64,000 bases of DNA from Escherichia coli. GTDB lineage: Bacteria; Pseudomonadota; Gammaproteobacteria; Enterobacterales; Enterobacteriaceae. Below are positions 1 to 14,811 of this stretch, one piece after another. Where the stretch lies: NCBI RefSeq assembly GCF_030013205.1, contig NZ_CP122649.1. One strand, given 5' to 3'. The translations under genes were made by a program, and so were the position numbers. The notes beneath the pieces are model-generated. The model saw nothing but the letters and a program-made list of their open reading frames with translations, had not been told where the DNA came from and searched no databases. The stretch's first letter is position 1; each line of letters starts with the position of its first letter.

Positions 1-315
1 ATGGATCACGAAAAGGTTGCAGCCAGCTTAGCTGAGCTAGGGAATAGTCACCGACTGTCCGTGTTCCGCTTTCTGGTCAAAGCTGGCCATGATGGGGCTT
101 CGGTCGGAGATATCCAGAAGGGGCTGGGTATTCCTGCTTCGACGCTATCACATCACCTTGCGCGCATGGCCAAGGTAGGGCTGATCCGGCAGGAGAAACA
201 TAGCCGCACGATTGTCTGTATACCCGAGTATGGGCACCTAGAGAATTTGATCGGTTTCTTACAAGAGGAATGTTGTGCAGGTGTCCGGATTGCGCATGAA
301 CCAGAACCGCTTTGA
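1..315 (+). CDS. ArsR/SmtB-family winged-HTH regulator (104 aa)
   Basis: Track ORF; HTH signature around GIPASTLSHHLARMAKVGLI; sits in the accessory segment upstream of tetR(B). Confidence 0.6.
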   Translation: MDHEKVAASLAELGNSHRLSVFRFLVKAGHDGASVGDIQKGLGIPASTLSHHLARMAKVGLIRQEKHSRTIVCIPEYGHLENLIGFLQEECCAGVRIAHEPEPL

Positions 316-775
316 CGCTTGCCCAGCTCTCGCTGTCCTCCCTAGTCAGCATCGCTATGAAGACTCAGGCGAAGGTGGAAACAGAAAATTGGCAGTAGAG
401 TAGGCTGAAGAGGATCAATCAGATAATCCGCTGAGAAAGATTTTCTTCTTTACATCTTTGACATTTTATCAACCAGAAATTCCGGATACCCGAAATATTA
501 AAAAGATTAAAATAACAACAATGGTATTTAATGATGGGTAAACCTAAATACCATGCGGGATCCGCACTATTTTCGGTGATAGCAAAAAATAAAAAAGTAT
601 AAATAATAAACAAAATTATAAGAGAAGGAGAACATGATAAGCGCAGGCCGAGCAATTTAAAGAAGTGTGATATACAACATAAAACAGCAGCATGACCTTT
701 CTATATTTCGTTGCTTATCGAAGTGTTAATTTTCGGGTGGATTACTCTGTTTGTTGATTAATAACGGAGAAAAAT

Positions 776-1475
<700 letters not shown>

Positions 1476-1482
1476 ACTTGCG

Positions 1483-2779
<1,297 letters not shown>

Positions 2780-2789
2780 CTAATTTTTG

Positions 2790-2845
2790 TTGACACTCTA
2801 TCATTGATAGAGTTATTTTACCACTCCCTATCAGTGATAGAGAAA
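2790..2845. promoter_or_regulatory. tetA/tetR divergent promoter with tetO2 and tetO1 operators
   Basis: TTGACA at about 2790; palindromes ACTCTATCATTGATAGAGT (about 2795-2813) and TCCCTATCAGTGATAGAGA (about 2825-2843) just upstream of tetA ATG. Confidence 0.9.
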
Positions 2846-2851
2846 AGTGAA

Positions 2852-4057
2852 ATGAATAGTTCGACAAAGATCGCATTGGTAATTACGTTACTCGATGCCA
2901 TGGGGATTGGCCTTATCATGCCAGTCTTGCCAACGTTATTACGTGAATTTATTGCTTCGGAAGATATCGCTAACCACTTTGGCGTATTGCTTGCACTTTA
3001 TGCGTTAATGCAGGTTATCTTTGCTCCTTGGCTTGGAAAAATGTCTGACCGATTTGGTCGGCGCCCAGTGCTGTTGTTGTCATTAATAGGCGCATCGCTG
3101 GATTACTTATTGCTGGCTTTTTCAAGTGCGCTTTGGATGCTGTATTTAGGCCGTTTGCTTTCAGGGATCACAGGAGCTACTGGGGCTGTCGCGGCATCGG
3201 TCATTGCCGATACCACCTCAGCTTCTCAACGCGTGAAGTGGTTCGGTTGGTTAGGGGCAAGTTTTGGGCTTGGTTTAATAGCGGGGCCTATTATTGGTGG
3301 TTTTGCAGGAGAGATTTCACCGCATAGTCCCTTTTTTATCGCTGCGTTGCTAAATATTGTCGCTTTCCTTGTGGTTATGTTTTGGTTCCGTGAAACCAAA
3401 AATACACGTGATAATACAGATACCGAAGTAGGGGTTGAGACGCAATCGAATTCGGTATACATCACTTTATTTAAAACGATGCCCATTTTGTTGATTATTT
3501 ATTTTTCAGCGCAATTGATAGGCCAAATTCCCGCAACGGTGTGGGTGCTATTTACCGAAAATCGTTTTGGATGGAATAGCATGATGGTTGGCTTTTCATT
3601 AGCGGGTCTTGGTCTTTTACACTCAGTATTCCAAGCCTTTGTGGCAGGAAGAATAGCCACTAAATGGGGCGAAAAAACGGCAGTACTGCTCGGATTTATT
3701 GCAGATAGTAGTGCATTTGCCTTTTTAGCGTTTATATCTGAAGGTTGGTTAGTTTTCCCTGTTTTAATTTTATTGGCTGGTGGTGGGATCGCTTTACCTG
3801 CATTACAGGGAGTGATGTCTATCCAAACAAAGAATCATCAGCAAGGTGCTTTACAGGGATTATTGGTGAGCCTTACCAATGCAACCGGTGTTATTGGCCC
3901 ATTACTGTTTGCTGTTATTTATAATCATTCACTACCAATTTGGGATGGCTGGATTTGGATTATTGGTTTAGCGTTTTACTGTATTATTATCCTGCTATCG
4001 ATGACCTTCATGTTAACCCCTCAAGCTCAGGGGAGTAAACAGGAGACAAGTGCTTAG
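2852..4057 (+). CDS. tet(B): tetracycline efflux MFS transporter TetA, class B
   Basis: 401-aa product starting MNSSTKIALVITLLDAMGIGLIMPVLPTLLREF...; the track ORF has a 16-codon upstream extension. Confidence 0.95.
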   Translation: MNSSTKIALVITLLDAMGIGLIMPVLPTLLREFIASEDIANHFGVLLALYALMQVIFAPWLGKMSDRFGRRPVLLLSLIGASLDYLLLAFSSALWMLYLGRLLSGITGATGAVAASVIADTTSASQRVKWFGWLGASFGLGLIAGPIIGGFAGEISPHSPFFIAALLNIVAFLVVMFWFRETKNTRDNTDTEVGVETQSNSVYITLFKTMPILLIIYFSAQLIGQIPATVWVLFTENRFGWNSMMVGFSLAGLGLLHSVFQAFVAGRIATKWGEKTAVLLGFIADSSAFAFLAFISEGWLVFPVLILLAGGGIALPALQGVMSIQTKNHQQGALQGLLVSLTNATGVIGPLLFAVIYNHSLPIWDGWIWIIGLAFYCIIILLSMTFMLTPQAQGSKQETSA

Positions 4058-4099
4058 TTATTTCGTCACCAAATGATGTTATTCCGCGAAATATAATGA

Positions 4100-4129
4100 C
4101 CCTCTTGATAACCCAAGAGGGCATTTTTT
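4100..4129. terminator. rho-independent terminator between convergent tetA and tetC remnant
   Basis: Stem CCCTCTTG / CAAGAGGG followed by a T-run. Confidence 0.6.
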
Positions 4130-4169
4130 ACGATAAAGAAGATTTAGCTTCAAATAAAACCTATCTATT

Positions 4170-4481
4170 TTATTTATCTTTCAAGCTCAATAAAAAGCCG
4201 CGGTAAATAGCAATAAATTGGCCTTTTTTATCGGCAAGCTCTTTTAGGTTTTTCGCATGTATTGCGATATGCATAAACCAGCCATTGAGTAAGTTTTTAA
4301 GCACATCATCATCATAAGCTTTAAGTTGGTTCTCTTGGATCAATTTGCTGACAATGGCGTTTACCTTACCAGTAATGTATTCAAGGCTAATTTTTTCAAG
4401 TTCATTCCAACCAATGATAGGCATCACTTCTTGGATAGGGATAAGGTTTTTATTATTATCAATAATATAATCAAGATAATG
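4170..4481 (-). pseudogene. tetC: 3' remnant of Tn10 tetC (TetR-family-like regulator), 5' end removed by IS1
   Basis: C-terminal 85+ aa ORF convergent with tetA, ending exactly at the IS1 boundary; identification rests on Tn10 gene order. Confidence 0.5.
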
Positions 4482-4536
4482 GGTGATGCTGCCAACTTAC
4501 TGATTTAGTGTATGATGGTGTTTTTGAGGTGCTCCA

Positions 4537-4812
4537 GTGGCTTCTGTTTCTATCAGCTGTCCCTCCTGTTCAGCTACTGACGGGGTGGTGCGTAACGGCA
4601 AAAGCACCGCCGGACATCAGCGCTATCTCTGCTCTCACTGCCGTAAAACATGGCAACTGCAGTTCACTTACACCGCTTCTCAACCCGGTACGCACCAGAA
4701 AATCATTGATATGGCCATGAATGGCGTTGGATGCCGGGCAACCGCCCGCATTATGGGCGTTGGCCTCAACACGATTTTCCGCCATTTAAAAAACTCAGGC
4801 CGCAGTCGGTAA
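4537..4812 (+). CDS. insA: IS1 InsA
   Basis: 91-aa product [40 protein letters not shown]... Confidence 0.92.
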   Translation: MASVSISCPSCSATDGVVRNGKSTAGHQRYLCSHCRKTWQLQFTYTASQPGTHQKIIDMAMNGVGCRATARIMGVGLNTIFRHLKNSGRSR

Positions 4813-5234
4813 CCTCGCGCATACAGCCGGGCAGTGACGTCATCGTCTGCGCGGAAATGGACGAACAGTGGGGATACGTCGGGGCTAAATCGCGCCAGCG
4901 CTGGCTGTTTTACGCGTATGACAGGCTCCGGAAGACGGTTGTTGCGCACGTATTCGGTGAACGCACTATGGCGACGCTGGGGCGTCTTATGAGCCTGCTG
5001 TCACCCTTTGACGTGGTGATATGGATGACGGATGGCTGGCCGCTGTATGAATCCCGCCTGAAGGGAAAGCTGCACGTAATCAGCAAGCGATATACGCAGC
5101 GAATTGAGCGGCATAACCTGAATCTGAGGCAGCACCTGGCACGGCTGGGACGGAAGTCGCTGTCGTTCTCAAAATCGGTGGAGCTGCATGACAAAGTCAT
5201 CGGGCATTATCTGAACATAAAACACTATCAATAA
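4731..5234 (+). CDS. insB: IS1 InsB reading frame (expressed as an InsAB fusion by -1 frameshift)
   Basis: Track ORF in -1 frame relative to insA, overlapping its 3' end. Confidence 0.85.
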   Translation: MPGNRPHYGRWPQHDFPPFKKLRPQSVTSRIQPGSDVIVCAEMDEQWGYVGAKSRQRWLFYAYDRLRKTVVAHVFGERTMATLGRLMSLLSPFDVVIWMTDGWPLYESRLKGKLHVISKRYTQRIERHNLNLRQHLARLGRKSLSFSKSVELHDKVIGHYLNIKHYQ

Positions 5235-5266
5235 GTTGGAGTCATTACCTATTTTTTTTACTACTC

Positions 5267-6073
5267 TCAAATTATTTTAATTCGAGGGAGAGCATAATCC
5301 ATTGTTTTGACGGTTCCATTTTCTTTAATTATATAGTGATGCCAACTATCTGATTTTGCGATTGCATCATCATATATACTTTGTGTAATTGCTAAAAAAT
5401 CTATGTTCATCCATGAAAATATCCCTTCATCAACAAATTCTTTTGATATTAATTCATAGTGACTATTTTTTTTCACTCCAACATATAACTTATATTTTTT
5501 CTCTATATTTTCAGCCAAACTATCAAATGAAATTATTGAGAAGTCACTTCGCTGTTGCCCTCTGATTAGTGCAGTTTTCTGTGTATTATTTTCATATTCT
5601 GATCTACGACCATGAACAAGGACATACTTGAAATTAAATGGATTTCTCCCCATATGTGCCGGTTCTATAAATCCCTGCAATATATTGTTTTTAAAGTGAT
5701 TTCTGTTTGATTCATCATCAAACCAAGCCCTCCATGTGTTCATTTGCTGCAAAGCAAGATTGAAGTCTGCATGAAAAGTTGTAGAGTTGTTTTTAAAATA
5801 TTTCGACGATGGTTTTTCAATTTCAACTAATACTACATTCCAGTTATCCGAGCTTTTTGATAAATATACGAAATCAGGTTTATAATCGCTTGATAGAGGC
5901 AACTTTCTAAATACCGTACTGAAGTGAATTCCATGGTTTTGCTCGAATTCTCTTGGTATGAACATTGTATTTTCTTCAAGGTATGTTTGATAAATCTGTT
6001 CATTCTCTTCTCGATCTAGTAATTCAAGATACTCTTTCTTTTTATCGTTTATTTCTTGACCAGTCATATACAT
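5267..6073 (-). CDS. hypothetical protein, 268 aa, AT-rich orphan gene with possible PD-(D/E)xK-like motif
   Basis: Clean 807-bp ORF, about 30 percent GC, between IS1 and the transposase remnant; motif KPDFVYL...VVLVEIEK. Confidence 0.6.
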   Translation of the reverse strand: MYMTGQEINDKKKEYLELLDREENEQIYQTYLEENTMFIPREFEQNHGIHFSTVFRKLPLSSDYKPDFVYLSKSSDNWNVVLVEIEKPSSKYFKNNSTTFHADFNLALQQMNTWRAWFDDESNRNHFKNNILQGFIEPAHMGRNPFNFKYVLVHGRRSEYENNTQKTALIRGQQRSDFSIISFDSLAENIEKKYKLYVGVKKNSHYELISKEFVDEGIFSWMNIDFLAITQSIYDDAIAKSDSWHHYIIKENGTVKTMDYALPRIKII

Positions 6074-6335
6074 AATTTACCATCTTTAAATTTAAGGCTC
6101 TGATTAGATTCATATCTACGCAATAAATTTTACATAGACTTGGTTTGTGGTAAGAAGTCACCGCGAAGCGGTTCGGGGTTCTGTGACACCCGGACTTTAC
6201 CCCGGCTACCCGACGTTTCTCTTTGTATATAATATCATTGAAGTTATTTGCATTTCTCAGAATTTTTTTCAGGCTTTGATTGCATTAACTGCAACACAGC
6301 GCTGCTGGTCAGTGAGTGCGAGGTTTCCGACAAGT

Positions 6336-7009
6336 TCACCTTTTACCAAAGATGGCCTCAGAGCTTCCTTGAAGCTTTATTATGGCTTCAAGCAGGTCAT
6401 CTTCGTTCAGCGAGCGCTGGGATTTGTTGATGCCTGGAGCATGTCGTCTGCGGGAAGGCTCATCTCCTGAAGGTAGCGACTGGGAGCGATTATTGTCCCT
6501 TTTTTTCTGGACCTGGCGGGCAACATCCAATACATGGCCCAGTCTTTTGTTATCAACAATCGCGACAGGATCGACTTCAGACAATCGGTCGTAGGTGGAG
6601 TAGGGCAGTAGCACGCCATTCAACCGCAGTTCCTTATGTCCGTCAGGATAGTGCCAGACATCAATATACTTGCCGATAGCCCTTCTACTGTATTCGCTGT
6701 CTTCAATCAGATAGAGCATTTTGTCATATTGTACGGTCAGACTTTTTGATACACGACGGGGCTCTCGCCAGGTAAATTCCGCATCCAGGTCATCGTCTAA
6801 TGCCAGCGGCCGATGTGCGTTAAAATCATGCAGGGGGGCTTTGGCGAAGCGCCGGTTATAATCCGCCATGTATTCCTCAGCAAATGCATTCGCGGCTTCT
6901 ATCGTACTGATCCCTTTAAGCCTGAGCTCCTTAACCAGCCGGTCCTGAAGTGTCAGGTGGGCGCGTTCCACACGGCCCTTTGCCTGGCTGGTCTCCGCAC
7001 ATAGCGGGG
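6336..7009 (-). pseudogene. 3' half of an integrase-type (rve, ISNCY/IS1202-like) transposase gene interrupted by the IS26-bounded insertion
   Basis: Reading frame is continuous with 24078-24851 once the insertion and one copy of the 8-bp repeat are removed (...NITPL | CAETSQAKGRVERAHL...). Confidence 0.75.
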
Positions 7010-8095
<1,086 letters not shown>

Positions 8096-8207
8096 TACGC
8101 CTATTTTTATAGGTTAATGTCATGATAATAATGGTTTCTTAGACGTCAGGTGGCACTTTTCGGGGAAATGTGCGCGGAACCCCTATTTGTTTATTTTTCT
8201 AAATACA

Positions 8208-8236
8208 TTCAAATATGTATCCGCTCATGAGACAAT
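8208..8236 (+). promoter_or_regulatory. blaTEM promoter (P3-type -35 TTCAAA / -10 GACAAT)
   Basis: TTCAAA, 17-bp spacer, GACAAT upstream of blaTEM. Confidence 0.7.
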
Positions 8237-8265
8237 AACCCTGGTAAATGCTTCAATAATATTGA

Positions 8266-9138
<873 letters not shown>

Positions 9139-9238
9139 CTGTCAGACCAAGTTTACTCATATATACTTTAGATTGATTTAAAACTTCATTTTTAATTTAA
9201 AAGGATCTAGGTGAAGATCCTTTTTGATAATCTCATGA

Positions 9239-9796
<558 letters not shown>

Positions 9797-9813
9797 GGAC
9801 AAGGAGGTGTGCG

Positions 9814-10176
9814 ATGAGCGCCTACACGGTATCGCAACTGGCCCATAACGCTGGGGTGAGCGTACATATCGTGCGCGACTACCTGGTGCGCGGCTTGTTA
9901 CGGCCGGTGGCCTGCACCACGGGCGGCTACGGCGTGTTCGACGATGCGGCCTTGCAACGGCTGTGCTTCGTGCGCGCGGCCTTCGAGGCGGGTATCGGCC
10001 TGGATGCCCTGGCGCGGCTGTGCCGTGCGCTCGACGCAGCGGACGGCGCACAAGCCGCAGCGCAGCTTGCCGTGCTGCGCCAGTTGGTCGAGCGGCGGCG
10101 CGCGGCGTTGGCCCATCTGGACGCGCAACTGGCCTCCATGCCAGCCGAGCGGGCGCACGAGGAGGCATTGCCGTGA
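9814..10176 (+). CDS. merD: MerD co-regulator
   Basis: [40 protein letters not shown]...; AAGGAGG RBS; the track ORF has an upstream extension. Confidence 0.88.
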   Translation: MSAYTVSQLAHNAGVSVHIVRDYLVRGLLRPVACTTGGYGVFDDAALQRLCFVRAAFEAGIGLDALARLCRALDAADGAQAAAQLAVLRQLVERRRAALAHLDAQLASMPAERAHEEALP

Positions 10177-10409
10177 ACGCCCCTGACAAACTGCCGCCCG
10201 AGACGCGCCAACCCGTTTCCGGCTACCTGTGGGGTGCGCTGGCCGTGTTGACCTGCCCCTGCCATCTGCCGATTCTCGCCGCCGTGCTGGCCGGGACGAC
10301 CGCCGGTGCCTTCCTTGGCGAGCATTGGGGTGTTGCCGCGCTCGCGCTGACCGGCTTGTTCGTTCTGGCCGTAACGCGGCTGCTGCGCGCCTTCCGGGGC
10401 GGATCATGA
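10173..10409 (+). CDS. merE: MerE mercury transporter
   Basis: GTG start overlapping merD stop; 78-aa product [41 protein letters not shown]... Confidence 0.85.
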   Translation: MNAPDKLPPETRQPVSGYLWGALAVLTCPCHLPILAAVLAGTTAGAFLGEHWGVAALALTGLFVLAVTRLLRAFRGGS

Positions 10410-11113
10410 CGAGTTCGCAGCCCGCCGGATGGACGGCGGCCGAGTTGGCGCAGGCGGCGGCGCGCGGACAGCTTGACCTGCATTACCAGCCGCTGGTCGA
10501 TCTGCGCGATCACCGGATCGCTGGCGCGGAAGCGTTGATGCGCTGGCGGCATCCGAGGCTTGGCCTGTTGCCGCCCGGCCAGTTCCTGCCGCTGGCCGAG
10601 TCGTTCGGCCTGATGCCGGAAATAGGCGCGTGGGTGCTGGGCGAGGCCTGTCGCCAGATGCACAAGTGGCAAGGACCGGCATGGCAACCGTTCCGTCTTG
10701 CCATCAATGTGTCCGCCAGCCAGGTTGGGCCAACGTTCGACGACGAGGTAAAGCGGGTGCTGGCCGATATGGCCCTGCCCGCCGAGCTTCTGGAGATCGA
10801 ACTGACCGAATCGGTCGCATTCGGCAATCCAGCCCTGTTCGCCAGTTTCGACGCCTTGCGCGCCATCGGCGTGCGCTTCGCCGCCGACGACTTCGGCACC
10901 GGCTATTCCTGCCTGCAACATCTGAAATGCTGCCCCATCACCACATTGAAAATCGACCAATCCTTTGTCGCCAGGCTCCCGGATGATGCCCGTGACCAAA
11001 CTATCGTGCGGGCGGTGATCCAGCTCGCGCACGGGCTGGGCATGGATGTCATTTTCAGAAGACGACTGCACCAGTTGATTGGGCGTAATGGCTGTTGTGC
11101 AGCCAGCTCCTGA
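10406..11113 (+). CDS. urf2: Tn21 urf2 (EAL-domain protein fragment reading into the integron IRt)
   Basis: [50 protein letters not shown]...; ATG overlaps the merE stop (ATGA). Confidence 0.8.
   Translation: MTSSQPAGWTAAELAQAAARGQLDLHYQPLVDLRDHRIAGAEALMRWRHPRLGLLPPGQFLPLAESFGLMPEIGAWVLGEACRQMHKWQGPAWQPFRLAINVSASQVGPTFDDEVKRVLADMALPAELLEIELTESVAFGNPALFASFDALRAIGVRFAADDFGTGYSCLQHLKCCPITTLKIDQSFVARLPDDARDQTIVRAVIQLAHGLGMDVIFRRRLHQLIGRNGCCAASS
11047..11071. repeat. IRt, 25-bp terminal inverted repeat of the Tn402-type integron tni end
   Basis: TGTCATTTTCAGAAGACGACTGCAC followed by the tniA start. Confidence 0.75.
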
Positions 11114-11187
11114 CAGTTCAATATCAGAAGTGATCTGCACCAATCTCGACTATGCTCAATACTCGTGTGCACCAAAGCGAGGTGAGC

Positions 11188-12439
11188 ATGGCGGCGGACA
11201 CCCCACGGATTCCAGAACAAGGCGTGGCCACTCTGCCTGATGAGGCTTGGGAGCGTGCGCGCCGTCGTGCGGAGATCATCAGTCCGTTGGCGCAGTCGGA
11301 GACGGTCGGGCACGAAGCGGCCGATATGGCGGCTCAGGCGCTGGGCTTGTCTCGGCGCCAGGTATACGTTCTGATCCGGCGTGCCCGGCAAGGCAGCGGC
11401 CTCGTGACGGATCTGGTGCCCGGCCAGTCCGGTGGAGGTAAAGGTAAGGGGCGCTTGCCGGAACCGGTCGAGCGCGTCATCCACGAGCTACTGCAAAAGC
11501 GGTTCCTGACCAAGCAGAAGCGCAGCCTAGCGGCCTTTCACCGCGAAGTCACTCAGGTGTGCAAGGCTCAAAAACTGCGAGTGCCGGCGCGCAATACCGT
11601 GGCCTTACGGATCGCTAGCCTTGACCCGCGCAAGGTCATCCGCCGGCGGGAAGGCCAGGATGCCGCTCGTGACCTACAAGGTGTGGGCGGCGAGCCTCCT
11701 GCCGTGACCGCGCCGCTGGAGCAGGTGCAGATAGACCATACGGTCATCGACCTGATCGTGGTCGATGACCGCGACCGGCAACCTATTGGCCGCCCGTACC
11801 TGACCCTCGCCATCGACGTGTTCACCCGCTGCGTGCTCGGCATGGTCGTCACGCTGGAAGCGCCGTCTGCCGTTTCGGTTGGCCTGTGCCTCGTGCATGT
11901 CGCCTGCGACAAGCGCCCTTGGCTGGAAGGACTGAACGTGGAAATGGATTGGCAGATGAGCGGCAAGCCCTTGCTGCTCTACCTAGACAACGCGGCCGAG
12001 TTCAAGAGCGAGGCCCTGCGCCGGGGTTGCGAGCAGCATGGCATCCGGCTGGACTATCGCCCGCTGGGACAGCCGCACTATGGCGGCATCGTGGAACGGA
12101 TCATCGGCACGGCGATGCAGATGATTCACGACGAACTGCCGGGAACGACCTTCTCCAACCCTGACCAGCGCGGCGACTACGATTCCGAAAACAAGGCCGC
12201 CCTGACGCTGCGCGAGCTAGAGCGCTGGCTCACATTGGCGGTCGGCACCTACCACGGTTCGGTGCACAACGGCCTGCTCCAACCGCCGGCCGCGCGCTGG
12301 GCCGAGGCCGTGGCGCGTGTCGGCGTACCGGCCGTCGTCACACGCGCTACTTCGTTCCTGGTCGATTTTCTGCCGATCCTCCGGCGCACGCTGACCCGCA
12401 CCGGCTTTGTCATCGACCACATCCACTACTACGCCGATG
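11188..12439 (+). pseudogene. tniA: tniA (Tn402/Tn5053-family transposase), 3' end truncated by IS26
   Basis: MAADTPRIPEQGVATLPDEAWERARRRAEIISPLAQ...; frame runs into the IS26 terminal repeat at 12440. Confidence 0.85.
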
Positions 12440-13259
12440 GGCACTGTTGCAAATAGTCGGTGGTGATAAACTTATCATCCCCTTTTGCTGATGGAGCTGC
12501 ACATGAACCCATTCAAAGGCCGGCATTTTCAGCGTGACATCATTCTGTGGGCCGTACGCTGGTACTGCAAATACGGCATCAGTTACCGTGAGCTGCAGGA
12601 GATGCTGGCTGAACGCGGAGTGAATGTCGATCACTCCACGATTTACCGCTGGGTTCAGCGTTATGCGCCTGAAATGGAAAAACGGCTGCGCTGGTACTGG
12701 CGTAACCCTTCCGATCTTTGCCCGTGGCACATGGATGAAACCTACGTGAAGGTCAATGGCCGCTGGGCGTATCTGTACCGGGCCGTCGACAGCCGGGGCC
12801 GCACTGTCGATTTTTATCTCTCCTCCCGTCGTAACAGCAAAGCTGCATACCGGTTTCTGGGTAAAATCCTCAACAACGTGAAGAAGTGGCAGATCCCGCG
12901 ATTCATCAACACGGATAAAGCGCCCGCCTATGGTCGCGCGCTTGCTCTGCTCAAACGCGAAGGCCGGTGCCCGTCTGACGTTGAACACCGACAGATTAAG
13001 TACCGGAACAACGTGATTGAATGCGATCATGGCAAACTGAAACGGATAATCGGCGCCACGCTGGGATTTAAATCCATGAAGACGGCTTACGCCACCATCA
13101 AAGGTATTGAGGTGATGCGTGCACTACGCAAAGGCCAGGCCTCAGCATTTTATTATGGTGATCCCCTGGGCGAAATGCGCCTGGTAAGCAGAGTTTTTGA
13201 AATGTAAGGCCTTTGAATAAGACAAAAGGCTGCCTCATCGCTAACTTTGCAACAGTGCC
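12440..13259 (+). mobile_element. IS26 copy 2 (820 bp, Tnp26 with G at position 184)
   Basis: Terminal repeats GGCACTGTTGCAAA; position-184 codon is GGC, unlike copies 1 and 3. Confidence 0.95.
12503..13207 (+). CDS. tnp26: IS26 transposase Tnp26
   Basis: Same 234-aa product as the other copies except residue 184. Confidence 0.95.
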   Translation: MNPFKGRHFQRDIILWAVRWYCKYGISYRELQEMLAERGVNVDHSTIYRWVQRYAPEMEKRLRWYWRNPSDLCPWHMDETYVKVNGRWAYLYRAVDSRGRTVDFYLSSRRNSKAAYRFLGKILNNVKKWQIPRFINTDKAPAYGRALALLKREGRCPSDVEHRQIKYRNNVIECDHGKLKRIIGATLGFKSMKTAYATIKGIEVMRALRKGQASAFYYGDPLGEMRLVSRVFEM

Positions 13260-13519
13260 CATTTATGAATGTTCCTGTTATGGCTTATGTTCAAGAAAGC
13301 ATTGCCCCTGAAATGATGGGCAAGGTGTTTTCCCTTTTGATGACCGCCATGACTCTTTCTATGCCGATAGGCTTACTTGTTGCAGGTCCGGTTGTTGAGG
13401 TTATAGGTGTTAATACATGGTTTTTCTGGTCTGGTGTTGCGTTGATAGTAAACGCTGTTCTCTGCCGCATTCTGACACGACGCTATGACAAAGTAACAAT
13501 GAAACCGCAAGTGGACTGA
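13260..13519 (+). pseudogene. mef(B): 3' remnant (260 bp) of macrolide efflux MFS gene mef(B), truncated by IS26
   Basis: Hydrophobic MFS C-terminus abutting IS26; matches the known IS26 / mef(B) remnant / sul3 arrangement. Confidence 0.55.
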
Positions 13520-13664
13520 AAAAAGGACCGGGTTGATGATAATTTGTAGTGGTGAGCTTCTGGGAGTACAAAACAAAGTGCTCAAAATTGTCGGGCTCAT
13601 GGCGTTTAACGGTATTAATTTCGCTTATAATAATCTTTCTATAATAGCCTAAAGGAGAATATCT

Positions 13665-14528
13665 ATGATACCTAATAGCGAAAATAAAAGAGTATGGTTT
13701 ATTACCGGAGCAAGCAAGGGGCTTGGCTATGCTTTTACATGCGCCGCCTTGAAAGCCGGGGATAAAGTTGTTGCAGTTGCAAGGACTATCGATAATTTGG
13801 CGAAGCTAGAAGAAACATATCAAGAGAGCTTACTGCCATTAAACCTCGATGTTACAGATAGGGAGGCTGTTTTTTCTACGGTTGAAACAGCAGTTAAACA
13901 TTTCGGTAGGCTTGATATTGTTGTTAATAATGCGGGTATCATGACTATGGGTATGATTGAAGAACTAAACGAATCCGATGCTCGGAAACTAATGGACACA
14001 AACTTTTTTGGAGCTCTTTGGGTTTGTCAGGCAGTGATGCCCTATTTGAGGTCGCAGCGTTCTGGACATATCATACAGATTACAAGCATTGGCGCTATTA
14101 TCTCGGGTCCGATGTCTGGTATTTACAGTGCAAGTAAATTTGCGCTGGAAGGAATGAGTGAAGCCTTAGCAAAAGAAGCGGAACATTTCGGAGTGAAACT
14201 CACTATGGTGGAACCAGGAGGATATTGGACAGATTTATACACTTCGATGAGTTACAGCAATCCATTAGATTCATACGGTACACTGCGCGATGAGCTGGCG
14301 AAACAGTATTCCGAAGATTCGGTCGATAGTGATCCTTCCTTGGCAGCGGAAGCCCTTATGAAATTAGTAGCCAGCAATAATCCGCCTTTGAGGCTTATCC
14401 TTGGCAGCATGGTATACGATTTGGCGATGGATACCTTAAAAGCACGGATGGCTACCTGGGAAGAATGGGAAGCTGTTAGCCGTGCATCAGAAAAGGCTAT
14501 TCCTGCACCGGAGAGATATGGAGTATAA
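13665..14528 (+). CDS. SDR-family short-chain dehydrogenase/reductase
   Basis: 287 aa; glycine-rich NAD(P)-binding motif FITGASKGLG, NNAG, catalytic Y..K (YSASK). Confidence 0.75.
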   Translation: MIPNSENKRVWFITGASKGLGYAFTCAALKAGDKVVAVARTIDNLAKLEETYQESLLPLNLDVTDREAVFSTVETAVKHFGRLDIVVNNAGIMTMGMIEELNESDARKLMDTNFFGALWVCQAVMPYLRSQRSGHIIQITSIGAIISGPMSGIYSASKFALEGMSEALAKEAEHFGVKLTMVEPGGYWTDLYTSMSYSNPLDSYGTLRDELAKQYSEDSVDSDPSLAAEALMKLVASNNPPLRLILGSMVYDLAMDTLKARMATWEEWEAVSRASEKAIPAPERYGV

Positions 14529-14565
14529 TACCAAACATGGTTTTTGAGGCAAGGACGAAACTATC

Positions 14566-14811
14566 ATGAAAATTGAAATTATGGAATATAACCCGGATTG
14601 GACAAAGAATTTTGAAGAAGAGAAAATAAAATTGCTCCATTTTTTCGGTTCTCATGCCGTAGCCATTGAACATATCGGAAGCACGGCGATACCCAATCAA
14701 CGGGCGAAACCGGTTATAGATATATTTATTGGCGTTTCGCCTTTTGCTGAACTACCTTTTATCAGCGCATTTTTAATGCAAAGGAGTATCACCACACTCC
14801 GACAGATATGA
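14566..14811 (+). CDS. GrpB-family-like small ORF (probably a truncated fragment)
   Basis: 81-aa ORF with GrpB-like N-terminus; too short for a full GrpB protein. Confidence 0.4.
   Translation: MKIEIMEYNPDWTKNFEEEKIKLLHFFGSHAVAIEHIGSTAIPNQRAKPVIDIFIGVSPFAELPFISAFLMQRSITTLRQI

Larger units (their letters stand above)
4482..5249 (+). mobile_element. IS1 (768 bp)
   Basis: Starts GGTGATGCTGCCAACTTACTGAT, ends AAGTTGGAGTCATTACC; insA/insB inside; 9-bp flanks differ (AAGATAATG vs TATTTTTTT), so no target duplication. Confidence 0.92.

Noticed and set aside
3133-3486. Short ORFs nested in tetA on both strands
   Set aside because: They are embedded in a confirmed transporter gene with no independent signals.
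10229-10405. N-terminal extension of the urf2 ORF (294-aa track ORF)
   Set aside because: The extension overlaps merE in another frame; urf2 begins at the ATG overlapping the merE stop.
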